Source: Azolla caroliniana
Taxonomy: Eukaryota > Plantae > Polypodiophyta
Assembly (NCBI GenBank): GCA_043228905.1
Contig: JBHGNT010000011.1
Span: 16,430,001-16,494,000 of the forward strand
Reading direction: 5' to 3'
DNA: 64,000 bases
Shown: in pieces, positions 37,401-52,763 of the stretch
How the letters are laid out: every line of letters starts with the position of its first letter
Numbering within the stretch: position 1 is the first letter of the stretch
The notes under the pieces: generated by a model
Database searches by the model: none
What the model was told of the DNA's origin: nothing
Seen by the model: only the letters and a program-made list of their open reading frames with translations
Position numbers and translations under genes: made by a program

Positions 37401-40400
37401 TCCTTGTGCCTTAAAGCAAGAAGAATATAGATTACCTCCATCAACACTCACAACTTCATGTTATTAATTTCAAATTATTGCATTGGAACATGCGTATCCC
37501 ATGTGTGTGAAATATGGCACTTAATTTCGGTGAATGGAGAGCGCGAACGCACGTTGATTACTTTTGGCCCGATTCAAATACATCAAGGGTAGATTGCAAC
37601 AACACTCACCAACTAAGATTGTTAATTTAAAATCTTTGCACACGAAAATGATACAAATACTATTGCCACCAATGTTGTTGGATATTGAAGTTAAACAAAA
37701 GAATGGATAAAGGGTTCATAGCTGACTGTTAGATCTATCAGCTGTAATCCGATATGTCATCAGTTCAATCCTGGATGCGGCCTAAAACAAGAAGATTAGG
37801 TATTCCTTTTAACAAAACTTATATCCTAAGAATATGTTATACACAAACATGCATATGCCTTAAGACGATATGAATACTAGCTATAAGAAACATTCTAAGA
37901 TGATATGAATACTATTGATAAGACATCTTCAATACAGAATATCGGAATAAACACAGTAACGAATAATAGGTGCATAGCTCGGTGGTAGAAGAATCAATTG
38001 CAGTGCGATAGCTTATCAGTTCAATACTCCTTGTGTTCTTAATTTCTAAGAGTATAAATTACCTCCAACGACACTCATAGCCCGAGATTATTAATTTTAA
38101 ATCTTTGCAAACGAATATGCGTATCCCATATGTGTCAAATATATCACAAACATGGATATGCATTATGTGTCGAATATTTCAAATCTATAATGATATGAAT
38201 ACTATCAGCAAAAAGTATTCTTGGATATTGGAATAGACAAAAGAACCATTCATGGGTGCATAGCTCAATGGTAGAGCAATCGGTTGAAGTCCGATAGGTC
38301 ATCAATTTAATCTTCCTTGTGCCCTAAAGCAAGAAGAATATAGATTACCTCGTATAACACTCACAACTTCATGTTATCAATTTCAAATTATTGCATAGGA
38401 ACATTTGTATCTCCGCTGTTTCAAATATGGCACTTAATTTCAGCGAATGGAGAGCGTGAAGGCACGTTGCCTCACTGTATGTCTACTGAGCATTTTGATT
38501 AGTTCTGGCCCGATTCAAATACATCAAGGGTGGACTGCAACAACACTCAAAAACTAAGATTATTAATTTCAAATCATTGCACACGAACATGATACAAATA
38601 CTATTGCCAAGAATCTTGTTGGATATTGGAGTTAAATAAACGAATCCATCGAGGGTGCATATCTTAGTGGTAGAGCAATCGGCTGCAGTCCGATAGGTCA
38701 TCATTTCAATACTGGTTGCGCCCTAAAACAAGAAGAGTAGGTATTACCTTTAACAACTCTTACATCCTAAGAATATTAATTACAAAATGTTACACACGAG
38801 CATGCATATGCCTTCTGTGTCGAATATTTCAAATCTAAGATGATATGAATACTAGCTATCAGAAACATTCTAAGATTTTATGAATACTATTGATAAGACG
38901 TCTTTAATACAGGATATTGGAATAAACACAACAACGAAGAATAATTGGATAGCTCGGTGGTAGTACAATCGATCGCAGTGGGATAGGTCATCAGTTGAAT
39001 CCTCCTTGTGCCCTCAATCAAGAAGACTATAAATTTCCTCCAACAACACTCACAACCCGAGATTATTAATTTCGAATCTCTGCAAAGAAGATGCGTATCC
39101 GTTATGTGTCAAATATAATACAAACATGCATATGCATTATGTGTCGAATGTTTCAAATCTAAGATGATATGAATATTATCGGGAATAAGTGTTCTTCAAT
39201 ATTGGAATCAAGAAAAGAACCAATCATGGGTGCATAGCTCAATGGTGGAGCAATCGGTTGCAGTCCGATAGGTCATCAATTTAATCCTCCTTGTGCCCTA
39301 AATCAAGAAAAGTATAGATTACCTCCTACAACACTCACAACTTGAGCTTACTAATTTCAAATTATTGCATAGGAACATTCGTATCCCATTTGTGTGAAAT
39401 ATGCCACTTTATTTTGGTGAATGGAGAGCACCAATGCATGTTGCCTCACTGTATGTCTAATATATCACAAACATGCATATGCATTATGTGTCGAATGTTT
39501 CAAATCTAAGATGATATGAATACTATCGGCAAGAAGTATTCTTGGACATTGGAATAAACAAAAGAATAAATCATGCGTGCATAACTCAATGGTGGAGCAA
39601 TCGACTGCAGTGCGATACGTCATCAATTTAATCCTCGTTGTGCCTTAAAGCAAGAACACTCAAAAACTAAGATTATTAATTTCAAATCATTCCACACAAA
39701 CATGATAAAAATACTATTGCCAAGAATCTTGTTGGATATTGGAGTTAAACAAAAGAATTGATCAAGGGTGCATAGTTAATTGGTAGAGCAATCGGCTGCA
39801 GTCTGATAGGTTATCCGTTCAATCCTGATAGTTAATTTCAAATCTTTGCAAATGAACATGCATATCGATTATGTGTCAAATATAACAGAAACATGGCTAT
39901 GCATTATATGTCGAATATTTCAAATCTACGATGATATGAATACTATCGGCAAGAAGTATTCTTGGACATGGGAATAAACAAAAGAACCAATCATGGGTGC
40001 ATAGCTCAATGGTGGAGCAATTGGTTGCAGTCCGATAGGTCATCAATTTAATCCTCCTTGTGCCTTAAAAAAAGAAGAATATAGATTACCTCGTATAACA
40101 CTCACAACTTCATGTTACCTCGTATAGAGGAACTTGCATATCTCTGTTACGTCAAATATGGTACTGAATTTCGGGAAATGGAGAGTGCGAAGGCATGTTG
40201 CCTGACTGTATGTCTACTAAGGGTTTTAGTTACGTTTGGCCCGATTCAAATACATCAAGGCTGAACTGCAACAACAGTCAAAAACTAAGATTATTAATTT
40301 CAAATCTTTGCACACGAGTATAATACAAATACTATTGCCAAGAATCTTGTTGGATATTGGAGTTAAACAAACGAATCCATCAAGGGTGCATAGCTCTCTG

Positions 40401-42134
40401 AAAGAGCAATCGGCTACAATCCAATAAGTCATCAGTTCAATATTGGTTGCACCCTAAAACAAGAATATTAGGTATTATCTTTAACAACACTTACACCCTA
40501 AGAATATTAATTACAAATTGTTACACACAAACATGCATATTGCTTATGTGTCAAATGTTTCAAATCTAAGATGATATGAATACTAGCTATAAGAAATATT
40601 CTAAGATGATATGAATACTATTGATAAGACATGTTTAATACAGGATATTGAAATAAACACAACAGCGAATAATAGGTGCATACCTCGGTGGTAGAATAAT
40701 CGGTCGTAGTGCGATAGGTCATTAGTTCAATCCTCCTTGTGCCCTAAATCAACAAGAGTATATATTACCTCCGAAAAGACTCAGAACCCGAGACTATTAA
40801 TTTCAAATCTTTGCAAAGGAACATGCTTATCGTTTATGTGTCAAATATAACCGAGACATGCAAATGCATTATGTGTCGAATGTTTCAAATCTAAGATGAT
40901 ATGAATACTATCGTCAAGAAGTATTCTTCGACATTGGTATAAACAAAAGAACCAATCATGGGTGCATAGCTAAATGGTAGAGAAATCGGTTGCAGTTTGA
41001 TGGGTCACTAATTTAATCCTCCTTGTGCCCTAAAGCAAGAAAAGTATATATTGCCTCCTACAACCTCACAACTCAATGGTGGAGTAATCGAATACTAAGA
41101 TTATTAATTTCAAATCTCTGCACATGAACGTGATGCAAATACAATTGCCAAGAATCTTGTTTGATATTGGAGTTAAATAACCGAATCCATCAACGGTGCA
41201 TAACTTAGTGGTAGAGTAATCGGCTACAATCCAATAAGTCATCAGTTCAATATTGGTTGCACCCTAAAACAAGAATATTAGGTATTATCTTTAACAACAC
41301 TTACACCCTAAGAATATTAATTACAAATTGTTACACACAAACATGCATATTGCTTATGTGTCAAATGTTTCAAATCTAAGATGATATGAATACTAGCTAT
41401 AAGAAACATTCTAAAATGATATGAATACTATTGAGATGACGGTTTTAATACAGGATATTGGAATAAACACAACAACGAATAATTGGTGCATACCTCGATG
41501 GTAGAATAATCGGTCGCAGTGCGATAGGTCATCAGTTCAATCGTCCTTGTGCCCTAAATGAACAAGAGTATAAATTACCTCCAACAACACTCACAGCCTT
41601 ATCTCATTAATTTCAAATATTGGCAAACCAACTTGTGTATCCCTTATGTGTCGAATGTTTCAAATCTAAGATGATATGAATACTATCGGCAAGAAGTATT
41701 CTTGGACATTGGAATAAACAAAAGAACCAATCATGGGTTGATAATTCAATGGTCGAGCAATCGGTTGCAGTCTGATAGGTCGTCAATTTAATCCTCCTTA
41801 TGCCCTAAAGCAAGAAAAGTACAGATTACCTCCATTAACACTGACAACTTGAGCTTATTAATTTCAAATTATTGCATAGGAACATACGTATCCCATGTGT
41901 GTGAAATATGGCACTTATTTTTGGCGAATGGACAGCGCGAACGTACGTTGCCTCACTGTATGTCTACTGAGGGGTTTTGATAACTTTTCGCCCGATTCAA
42001 ATACATTAAGGGTGGACTGCAACAATACTCAAAAACTAAGATTATCAATTTCAAATCTTTGCACACGAACGTGATACAAATACTATTGCCAAGAATCTTG
42101 TTGGATATTGGAGTTAAATAAAAGAATCCATCAA

Positions 42135-42206
42135 GGGTGCATAGCTCAGTGGTAGAGCAATCGGCTGCAGTCCGATAGGTCATCAGTTCAATCCTGGTTG
42201 TACCCT
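42135..42206 (+). tRNA. tRNA-Cys(GCA): tRNA-Cys(GCA), full cloverleaf
   Basis: Identical to 19643-19714. Confidence 0.8.
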
Positions 42207-45101
42207 AAAACAAGAATAGTAGGTATTATCTTTAACAACAATTACACCCTAAGAATATTAATTACAAAATGTTACACACAAACATGCATATGCCTTATGT
42301 GTCGAATGTTTCCATTCTAAGATGATATCAATACTAGTTGTAAGAAACATTCTAAAATGATATGAATACTATTGAGAAGGTTTTAATACAGGATATTGGA
42401 ATAAACACAACAACGAATAATTGGTGCATACCTCGGTGGTAGAATAATCGGTCGCAGTGCGATAGGTCATCAGTTCAATCCTTCTTGTGCCCTAAATGAA
42501 CAAGAATATAAATTACCGCCAACAACACTCACAGCCTGATATCATTAATTTGAAATCTTTGCAAACGAACTTGGGTATCCCTTATGTGTCAAATATAACA
42601 CAAACATGCATATGCATTATGTGTCGTATGTGTGTGAAACATAACAGAAACATGCCTATGCATTATGTGTCGAATGTTTCAAATCTAAGATGATATGAAT
42701 ACTATCGACAAGAAGTATTCTTGGACATTGGAATAAATAAAAGAACCAATCATGGGTGCATAGCTCAATGGTGGAGCAATTCCTTGCAATCCGATAGGTC
42801 ATCAATTTAATCCTACTTGTGCCTTAAAGAAAGAAGAATATAGATTTCCTCGTATAACACTCACAACTTCATGTTATTAATTTCAAATTATTGCACAGGA
42901 ACATACGTATCCCATGTGTGTCAAATATGGCACTTAATTACGGCGAATGGAGAGCGCGAACACACGTTGCCTTACTCTATGTCTACTGAGGGTTTTGATT
43001 AATTTTAGCCCGATTCAAATACATCAAGGGTGGACTACAACAACACTCACAAACTAAGATTATTAATTTCAAATCTTTGCGAATGAATATTATACAAATA
43101 CTATTGCGAAGAAACTTGTTGAATATTGGGGTTAAACAAAAGAACCTAGCAAAGGTGGATAGCTCACTGGTAGAGCAATCAGCTGCAGTCCAATAAGTCA
43201 TCAGTTCAATCCTTGTTGAGCCCTAAAACAAGAAGAGTATGTATTGCCTTTAACAACACTTACATCCTAAGAATATTAATTACAAAATGTTACACACAAA
43301 CATGCATATGCCTTATGTGTTGAATGTTTCCATTCTAAGATGATATGAATACTACTGATAAGACGTGTTTAATACAGGATATTGGAATAATCAACAAAAC
43401 GAATAATAGGTGGTAGAATAATCGGTCGCAATGGGATAGGTCATCAGTTCAATCCTCCTTGTGCCCTAAATGAACAAGAGTATAAATTACATCCAACAAC
43501 ACTCACAACTCGAGATTATTAATTTCAAATCTTTGCAAAAGTACATGCGTATCCCTTATGCGTCAAATATAACACAAAAATGCATAGTCATTATGTGTCG
43601 AATGTTTCAAATCTACGATGATATGAATACTATCGGGAAGATGTATTCTTGGATATTCGAATAAACAAAAGAACCAATCATGGGTGGATAATTCAATGGT
43701 AGAGCAATCGGTTGCAGTATGATAGGTCGTCAATTTAATCCTCCTTGTGCCCTAAAGCAAGAAAAGTATAGATTACCTCCATTAACACTCACAACTTGAG
43801 CTTATTAATTTCAAATTATTGCACAGGAACATGCGTATCCCATGTGTGTCAAATATGGCACTTAATTTCGGCGAATGGAGAGCGCGAACATACGTTGCCT
43901 TACTCTATGTCTACTGAGGGTTTTGATTAATTTTAGCCCGATTCAAATACCTCAAGGGTGGACTACAACAACACTCACAAACTAAGATTATTAATTTCAA
44001 ATCTTTGCGAATGAATATAATACAAATACTATTGCGAAGAAACTTGTTGAATATTGGAGTTAAACAAAAGAATCTAGCAAGGGTGCATAGCTTAGTGGTA
44101 GAGCAATCGGCTGCAGTCCGATAGGTCATCAGTTCAATCATGGTTGTGCCCTAAAACAAGAATAGTAGGTATTATCTTTATCAACACTTACATCCTAAGA
44201 ATATTAATTACAAAATGTTACACACAAACATGCATATGCCTTATGTGTCGAATGTTTCAAATCTAAGATGATATGAATACTAGCTGTCAGAAACATTCTA
44301 AGATGATATTACTACTATTGATAAAACTTCTTTAATATGGGATATTGGAATAAACATAACAACGAATAATAGGTGCATAGCTCGGTGGTAGAAGAATCGA
44401 TCATAGTGCGAAAGGTCATCAGTTCATTCCTCCTTGTGCCCTAAATCAACAAGAGTATAAATTACCTCCAACAACACTCCTAGCCTGATATTATTAATTT
44501 CAAATCTTTGCAAATTAACTTGTGTATCCCTTATGTGTCAAATATAACACAAACATGCATATTCATTATGTGTCGAATGTGTGTCACATATAACAAAAAC
44601 ATGCATATGCATCATGTGTCGAATGTTTCAAATCTAAGATGATATGAATTCTATCGGCAAAATGTATTCTTGAACATTGGAATAAACAAAGGAACCAATA
44701 ATGGGTGCATAGCTCAATGGTGGAGCAATACGTTGGAGTCCTATAGATCATCAATTTAATCCTCCTTGTGCCCTAAAGCAAGAAGACTATAGATTACCTG
44801 CATCAAAACTCACAACTTCATATTATTAATTTCAAATTATTGCATAGGAACATGCGTATCCCATGTGTGTCAAATATGGCACTTAATTTCGGCGAATGGA
44901 GAGCGCGAACGCACGTTGCCTTACTGTATGTCTATTGAGGGTTTTGATTACTTTTGGCCTGATTCAAATACATCAAGGGTGGATTACAACAACACTCACC
45001 AATTAAGATTATTAATTTCAAATCTTTGCACACGAAAATGTTACAAATACTATTGCCAACAATCTGGTTAGATATTGGAGTTAAACAAAAGAATCCATAA
45101 A

Positions 45102-45173
45102 GGGTTCATAGCTCAGTGGTAGAGCAATCGGCTGCAGTCTGATAGGTCATCAGTTCAATCCTGGTTGGGCTCT
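45102..45173 (+). tRNA. tRNA-Cys(GCA): tRNA-Cys(GCA)-like, weak acceptor stem
   Basis: Counterpart of 22649-22720. Confidence 0.55.
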
Positions 45174-45898
45174 AAAACAAGAAGAGTAGGTATTTTCATT
45201 AACAACACTTACATTCTAAGAATAATAATTTCAAATTGTTACACACAAATATGCATATGCCTTATGTGTCAAATATTTCAAATCTAAGATGATATCCTTG
45301 TGGCCTAAAGCAATTTGAAGAAAGGCACATATTTTATGTGACTTGCACCCATAACTTCTAGTTATAAGAAACATTCTAAGATGATACCAATACTATTGAT
45401 AAGACCTTTAGGATATTGGAATACATACAACAACGAATAATAGGTGCATAGCTCAGTGGTAGAACAATCGGTCGTAGTGCGGTAGGTCATTAGTTCAGTC
45501 TTCCTTGTGCCCTAAATCAAGAAGAGTATAAGTTACCTCGAACAATATAAGGGATAGTTGAGTTAAACAAATGAATTCACCAAGGGTGGATAGCTCAGTG
45601 GTTTGAGCAATCGGCTGCAGTCTGATAGGTCATTAGTTCAATCCTGGTTGCGCTCTAAAACAGGAAAAGTAGGGATTACCTTTAACAACACTTCCTAGGA
45701 ATATTAATTGAAATTGTTACACACAGACATGCATAATCATTAGGTGTCGAATGTTTCAAATCTAAGATGATATGAATACTATTGACAAAATGTATTCTTG
45801 GATATTGGAATAAACAAAAGAACCAATTATGAGTTCATAGTTCAATGGTAGATCATTCGATTGCAGTCAGATAGGTCGTCAGTTTAATCATCCTTGTG

Positions 45899-46994
45899 GG
45901 ATCAAGTGCTTAACATGGGATCGTGCTGAATATACGTGGAAGGGAGAACAAGATAAATCATTAGGTTTCTTCGAATACTCGACGCGCTTGGGGAGAAAGT
46001 TAGGTTGGTATCGTGAGAAGTGTGCCAACAAGTGGGCCCATGTAGGTGTCGATTCAGTCTTCGTGGATAGAACCAGGAGTAGTATATGGAACTCATCCCT
46101 TCCCGAGCGGGTCAAAGTGTTTTGCTGGTTAATCACCCATCGGGCTATTCCAACGGGAGAGTGGCTTGGGTATAGAGGTGGCATGAGTAGTTGCAAGGCC
46201 TGTAGTTCGAGCTTGGAGGACATCGCGCATTGTTTGTGGAGCTGCCCACGAGCCCAAGAAATTTGGTTGAGGAGCTTAAGAATCTTCGCTCCGTTCGGGG
46301 TTGAGGTTCATGTATCGAGAGAAACAATCACTTGGTTGGCCACTGAATCGGTTTCATGGTTTCAAGGGTGGAATGGATGCAAGGAACTGTACAACCAACG
46401 CAAGGAGGTTCATTCTTCCTACATGGACGCTACATGGACATATGGTTATTAGTGGTCGGCCTTACGGTTTGGCAAGTGTGGGTATCTAGGTGCATGGAGA
46501 CTTTCACAGGTAAGCAAACCCCACCGGCTAAGAATTTAATGATGATCTGGTTTAATCTTATTTCTACGTTACAAGGAGAGTTTGAAAGTCTTCAAGGGCC
46601 CTCTGATGCAAGTGAAGAAGCTAAAGCTCGGTTCCTTCTGAAATGGAGCGGTTCGTCGATGCTGCAGATGGTGGATGGTAAAGCGAAGTGGAATTATCAA
46701 CCACCACGGTGGTTGTTCCCTCCGAGTGTACCTAACATCTAGATGGGTGCTGCCATGAGAAGTGAATGGAGGACGTCTATACTGAATTCGGGTTGTATGA
46801 GGCTCACATGGAGAGTATGCATTCAGGTAATGCTATGCGCATCGAATGATGTGGTGTTTTGGAGTTGTTTGTGTTGTTTCTCTACACATATTGTTTTCTT
46901 TTGCCATGCAAAATGGCTTGTAAGATATGAGTTGTAAATTATCCTACGTACATCGCCTTAACTAATGGAAGTAGTTTTTTTTTTTGGAAAAAAA
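45899..46994 (+). mobile_element. LINE (L1-like) ORF2 3' end with zf-RVT-type CCHC motif, 5'-truncated and frameshifted
   Basis: IWNSSLPERVKVFCWLITHRAIPTGEWL...CKAC...EDIAHCLWSCPRAQEIW; a second frame gives TVWQVWVSRC...WNYQPPRWLFP, stop 46742. A T-rich 3' region and a short A run follow. Confidence 0.85.
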
Positions 46995-48014
46995 TCATAC
47001 ACTCTTGTTCCCCAATATAGGCTTTAACTCCAATTAAAACATCCAATGGAGTAAATAAACCTATCCACTTCTGTGTAGCAGATCCAATTTGCATCTGAAT
47101 ATTAGAAAGGGCATTTTGTATTGCGGAATACATTATCTTCCCACCCCTTATATTACTAATCTATAACATTTGTTGATCTATAGGTTTAGACAATAATAAA
47201 TGTTCATACTTATTTTTTGGTGCTTGATTATGTCAATGTCGTAAAGTTTGTATACGCAATAATGTTCAACCTTTGGTTAGTTTTTTTATTGCAAATTCAA
47301 GAGGAACTTGTGTCAAGTCTATGATGTTACTAAAAGGATTGAATACTCTATTTTTTGACATTTACTCTAAAAAATGTTTATTTTATTTGGTATGCGCTAA
47401 AAAAATTACATTTTCCAGTTGACATTTTCGCTTGTGGGAAAGTGGTCGGTCAAAATTTTGAAATTCCAGACAAAGAGAGATTTTGTTATTGTTTTCAAAG
47501 GTCAAATAGGACCTACATGTGAAAGTCGGTAGCGACTCTCGATGTTCAATAAATTTACTAAATGTTGAAATCGAGATTACACATTGTGAATGATAGAGAA
47601 ATTTATGCAAGGATTGGGTTTGGTCGAAGATGTGTGAAAAGCATAATCAAATGTGATCAAGGGCAGAGCATTGTATCAAAGTGCTTAGACTCCTAATCTT
47701 GGTTCAAGCAATATGTGTATTGTCAACTACTCTTATCACATGTGCCCCAACCCCCCATGTCACATTGTAGTGCATGTGAGCTAAATAGCATGGAAGCAAT
47801 GGTTCGGATGACAGACAATGGGATTCGCTCTAACATGAATTGAAGTGTGTGGTTTCCTAGTTTGGTGAAGAATATGGTTTTGTATTTTGGTGCAACAAAT
47901 GTATTATAACGTGTGGAGCGTGAGTCTCGACATTTTTCCCATCTCATGACCCATTGACATTGCAAAAATGCCTCATTTACATAGGAATCTATGCAATGCA
48001 GCATGAAGTAAGTG

Positions 48015-48624
48015 TGTTGTTTCAGTTGAAAATCGTGACCGGACACAACCAGTTGCTTATTCGTATATTCGGGTGAAGAAATCAAGATGAATGTGCATAG
48101 ATAGAAAAACGACAGAAATACAACTAGAAACAGGGACATAAGATTTAACATGGAAACCCAAATCGAGAAAAACCACGTGGAGTCCACAAACCCCAAAACT
48201 GATCACTATATAGAGAGGAGTACAATAAAAAACTCGGAGGCAACGACCTCGAGATCTTCTTCGTCAACAGACGGCTGCAGAGTTACACTCTCTCTCACAC
48301 ACTTAGTTATAGAGGCAACGACCTTCCTGGAACTCACAACCCAATGATACAACAATGATCGACTACACCTTACTAAAGTTTGCCCTAGTTGTATTTATAC
48401 TTATACAACTTTTTGGCTATTTACATACATACCCCACATGGGGCACATTTCCACCCGTTTACAAATATAGTCTCCCAAGTTGGCTATATCCTAGATTTCG
48501 GTTTTGGCCTAGGCCGAGTTACTCATCAACTTGGATCTTCTCTTCCCATTCGGAAGGTCATGTTTCCCAACAGTTTTCGATCATCCAAACTAATTTTCCA
48601 CATCTTGCATCGAACTAGATAACA
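48015..48624 (-). mobile_element. Probable solo LTR, unit 3
   Basis: Copy of 24770-25379. Confidence 0.45.
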
Positions 48625-48688
48625 AGCTTTATGTTTCGTTTATATCCCTTCTCTTGCTTCTTATCATTCTGAGAGTAAGCTCTTGCCA

Positions 48689-48727
<39 letters not shown>

Positions 48728-50216
48728 AAATTTAACAAAGGCAAAGTCTATTTTACCAAATTAGGGATGATTTTACAATGATAAACCTATTAATCAACTG
48801 TGTAAGATAAGTAAAGGGAGTTGGTTTGTAAAGGAAGTACATGTAGTGGTTTGTAGCAAATTTGTAAGTATGCAGCATATTATTTACAATGTAGCTCCCA
48901 ATCATTTAAGGTATGGATGGACTTTACATGTTCTTGCATTATATTATGTGTTCACATAACACTTGTTATTTTCTTCCATGCTGGTCAATTAAAATGTGTG
49001 TAATAGTTTATGTTATAAGGAAATGGATAGAATTTCCACCTAATATTGTGTAGTATTTCCTTTGAATGTTAACAATACGAGCATTTTTGTTTTCAGACAC
49101 AAGTAATTATATTATTGGAATGGAATGTTAGTTGAATCCTTCATTGGCAACAAATATTACATTAGTATCACATGCCTAGTTTCGACATGAATAATCCAAA
49201 TAATGATTAATATTGTCTCTCATACAGTTCCAACGTATTAATTCATCAACTTCATCACAAAACCAACACATAATACTATGTTTTATCAACTACTACATTG
49301 GTAGTGGGTAAGCAATATAAATAAGATAAACCATATTGAAAGATAGGGTGCCACTCTCATACCTACTATTAGAGGAACACAAAACTATTGGCTTTCACTT
49401 GCCTTCCCCCACGTCCTAGGGCTAGTGAAGGATCACTTTCTTATTACATGCTTTGCATATAGTGCAATTTATGAAAACTATGCTGATGTATTAAGAGGGG
49501 GCAATGACTTGAGTGTATGCCTTAATTAACACAATGGGATTTTGTGTGTCGTAGTATGAATCTCCCTTCTTAAAAAGGTGACACACATTGAGAAAATTTT
49601 GTACTTAGATCCCATGGATCAATATCGGTATCTCTATGGATGTTAAAAAATATCTAATGGAATCTAAGTGCATACACCACAACTCACTTAAGATCAAATA
49701 GAGTACCTGAGAGGCCAATGAACAAACGCTAGAGAGACACAAAAAATAATATAAGAAACACCCCCTACACCATAGAAAAGAATGAGAAAAATTCAACTAG
49801 AAGCCAATATATGAGTCGATATCAAATGATACCCTCTTGTTTACCGTGTCATTTGGAAAATAGATTAAGTATACTAGAGTTGGAGGTTCCTTACGGAAAG
49901 AATAACAATTAGACATGGCATGGGCCACACGGTAAATGTAAAACCATTCAAAGACAAAGACTAGACTAGGATTGTTGATGTGGAGACTAATTATGTTTTC
50001 TATTTGGAGATGATCATGACTGAGCAATCCACACACGCGCACACGCAATTATAAATATAAATATATGGGTATAAATAGGCATTGTTGCCAAGTGAAGCAG
50101 CAGAAGCAAGAGTAACCAACACTCTTGAGTAAAATATTTGTTTGGTCTTAGTGACTTATCTATCTATATCCCGGCATACTTTCCATTTCAACTCTTATTT
50201 CATAGTCCTAATCATT

Positions 50217-51276
50217 ATGGCCATGAATGCGTTGATCCCCATCTTGGGTTTGTCAATCAATATAATGATGGCGGTTATGATGACAATGGTTAATGGAGCA
50301 GATCCGGATCCGTTGGTGGATATCCCCACGACCGCACCGGAGAGTCAATTCGTCCTCCGAGATTTGTTAACTAATGGTGCCGTCACACGAGACAGCGGAG
50401 GTATTAGGGCCGCGGTCAACATCACCAACCTACCCCTCACCATGTAATATACAACATTCATTCTTCTAACACCTAAGCCCTTTAACATGCTCCTCTGTCT
50501 TTAAAGTGACCGATGGTTCCTTATATTTGGTTTTAGGTCGGAGGGGATCACGTACGTGCGGTTCCAGATGGTGCCGTGCGGTGTGAACCTGCCGCACACT
50601 CACCCGCGTGCGACCGAGATCCTAACACTCATCTCCGGGGGACCACTCCAAGTCGGATTCGTCGACACCTCGGGTGCGCACAAGTTTGAAACAAATTGTC
50701 TTTAAAATTATTCTTTTCTAGTAGTGTTAGCAGGCATTTAAATTAGATGGATTCATCATATCATCTAATTTAATGATTGAATTTTCTTCAAAAACAAATA
50801 GGGACTCCACACATCAACATTCTGTACCCGGGCGATGTGACGCTCTTCCCACGCGGGCTCCTCCACTTCGAGATCAACGTCGGCAAAGTGACAGCCGACT
50901 ACATCTCCGCCCTCAACAGCCAGAACCCGGGCACCCTGGTTGGTTCATTCCCATACCCACACACTCCATTAGCTCCTCATTCATTCATTCATTCATTCAT
51001 TCTTTATATGTCTCTTGCTTGTGTTTCAAACAGCTTATCATCTTACATATGTTTTTTGTATGTATGTTACGTGTGTGTGTGTGTGCGTGCGTGTGCATGC
51101 AGTCCGCCAGCCTGTCGCTGTTCCAGGTGCCTGCACGTGCGCTCGCCACGTCACTAAATGCCAGCAGGGCGGAGGTGGCTGACTTGGCATCCACGTTGTT
51201 CCCGTACGGCGACGGCCTGAAGAAGACGTCTGACAGTGGATGCATCCCGGGGCGGGACATCACCACCCGTTTCTAA
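50217..51276 (+). CDS. GLP: Germin-like protein, copy 3; exons 50217-50443, 50537-50673, 50802-50938, 51103-51276
   Basis: Same structure; the CDS appears identical to copy 2. Confidence 0.93.
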
Positions 51277-52412
51277 CTAAAGTCACTCCAAAATGAATGT
51301 ACTCATGATAAATAAAAGAAATGAATGAAATAGCCACCACAATTTGCTTTACAACAAAAAACTATCGCATTAATGTGCAGGATTTGTAGTCTCTCCTTTA
51401 TCTTTGCGGTTTACTAGTGAAGAACATGAATATCAAGTATTGTTTCAGGGTTTACAAGATGTGTTCTTCTTGACATACAATGGGTTTTGATTTTAGTGAA
51501 AGCGATACATCTCTCTATATTTGACCTCCGAAGACGATAATATAATCTATCTATCTATCTATTTGTGATCGGCATATCCCCAACCTTGCCACCCACAATA
51601 CTAACACCCCACTTATGAGGGCCACCAATGTCTCCAAAAATACTTACGTGCATGTCAATGGCATTATTGATTATCAATGGTGTTATCAGTCATAATCTAC
51701 TTTAATGTAGATTAGTTGGCAAATATGCACTCACCCGAATGTCTAAATCTATATGAGCTTCTAATGACTTGTGTATGTGTGAATGTGGAAATGTTTCGAT
51801 GTGCATGTGAATGCATAAGTGCATATGAATTTTTACTTGTGTTTGTATAAACAAAGTATACTTCTGTGAACAACATGTTAAGTGTCTGTCGTGCATGTGT
51901 GTATGTAAGTGTGTTAATGGTGTGTATGTATGGAAGTCTGTAAATGACTACATGCACAATTAGTTAATGCGTGTTTGTAAATGTGTGAATGTGCCTTTAA
52001 ATGTAAAATTTGATGGGGGTAGGGGTATCTCATGATTTAGATAAGATGTAGATATATATTTTGTTGGGAACATATGAAATTTCCTCTCCCTTCTTTTCCT
52101 TAGATTCATTTCTAGAGGGAATGGAAATAAGTGAAGAAAAAGAATTGGGTTGTAATGTGCCTCACCCCTTACTATTGTAAAAGGGAGTGAGGGATCACCG
52201 GGTTAGACCGTTAGGCTTTTATTTCTTCTTCGTCTATTTCGTTTAGGGTTTCGTTCGGTCATCATGGTAGTAGTTAGGAAGGTTTAAGGTTTCCTTCTCT
52301 CTTCCTTTAGTCACTGTCATTTCTTTTGTCGTGCTTGGGTCCAGCCTAAATGGCCGCGGTTTTAATCTTTTGGGGGCATCGAGCCTTATAATGCAATGAG
52401 CTTATTTAACCT

Positions 52413-52615
52413 TGTCACGATCTATTTCACTTTGTGTGATTAATCTCTTCTTCCGTCTGTTATCCCTTTGAGCTCAAGGCCACAAAGGGACAGGCTCCCA
52501 TTCCCCAATGGGGCAGGTCCATGGGGATCTTCACCCAAGGAATCAGGGAAGTGAGAGGGGAAGAATCTGCACTTCGCGGAGGCACCGAGACCGTGGGTAA
52601 ATAGAGAATTGTAGT

Positions 52616-52650
<35 letters not shown>

Positions 52651-52762
52651 GTGTGTAGCCATGGACACCCACACAGATAGACAGATAGAGACGTGGTGAA
52701 CAACTGGTATTAAGTAAATAGGGTTATATTAATCAAAACGCACGCACGACACAGTACACGAT
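52413..52762 (-). mobile_element. Truncated gypsy LTR, unit 3
   Basis: Matches 4445-4792, then breaks off. Confidence 0.65.
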
Positions 52763-52763
52763 G

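Larger units (their letters stand above)
23445..45898 (+). repeat. Segmental tandem duplication unit 2 (22,454 bp, junction to junction)
   Basis: Same junction TCCTTGTG|GGATCAAGTG at 23444/23445 and 45898/45899; colinear, near-identical content and ORFs in all three units. Confidence 0.93.
34494..45898 (+). repeat. tRNA-Cys-derived tandem array 2 (~12 higher-order repeats)
   Basis: Colinear with array 1 but lacks its first two higher-order repeats (~2.0 kb) and about 0.5 kb near 39827. Confidence 0.95.
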
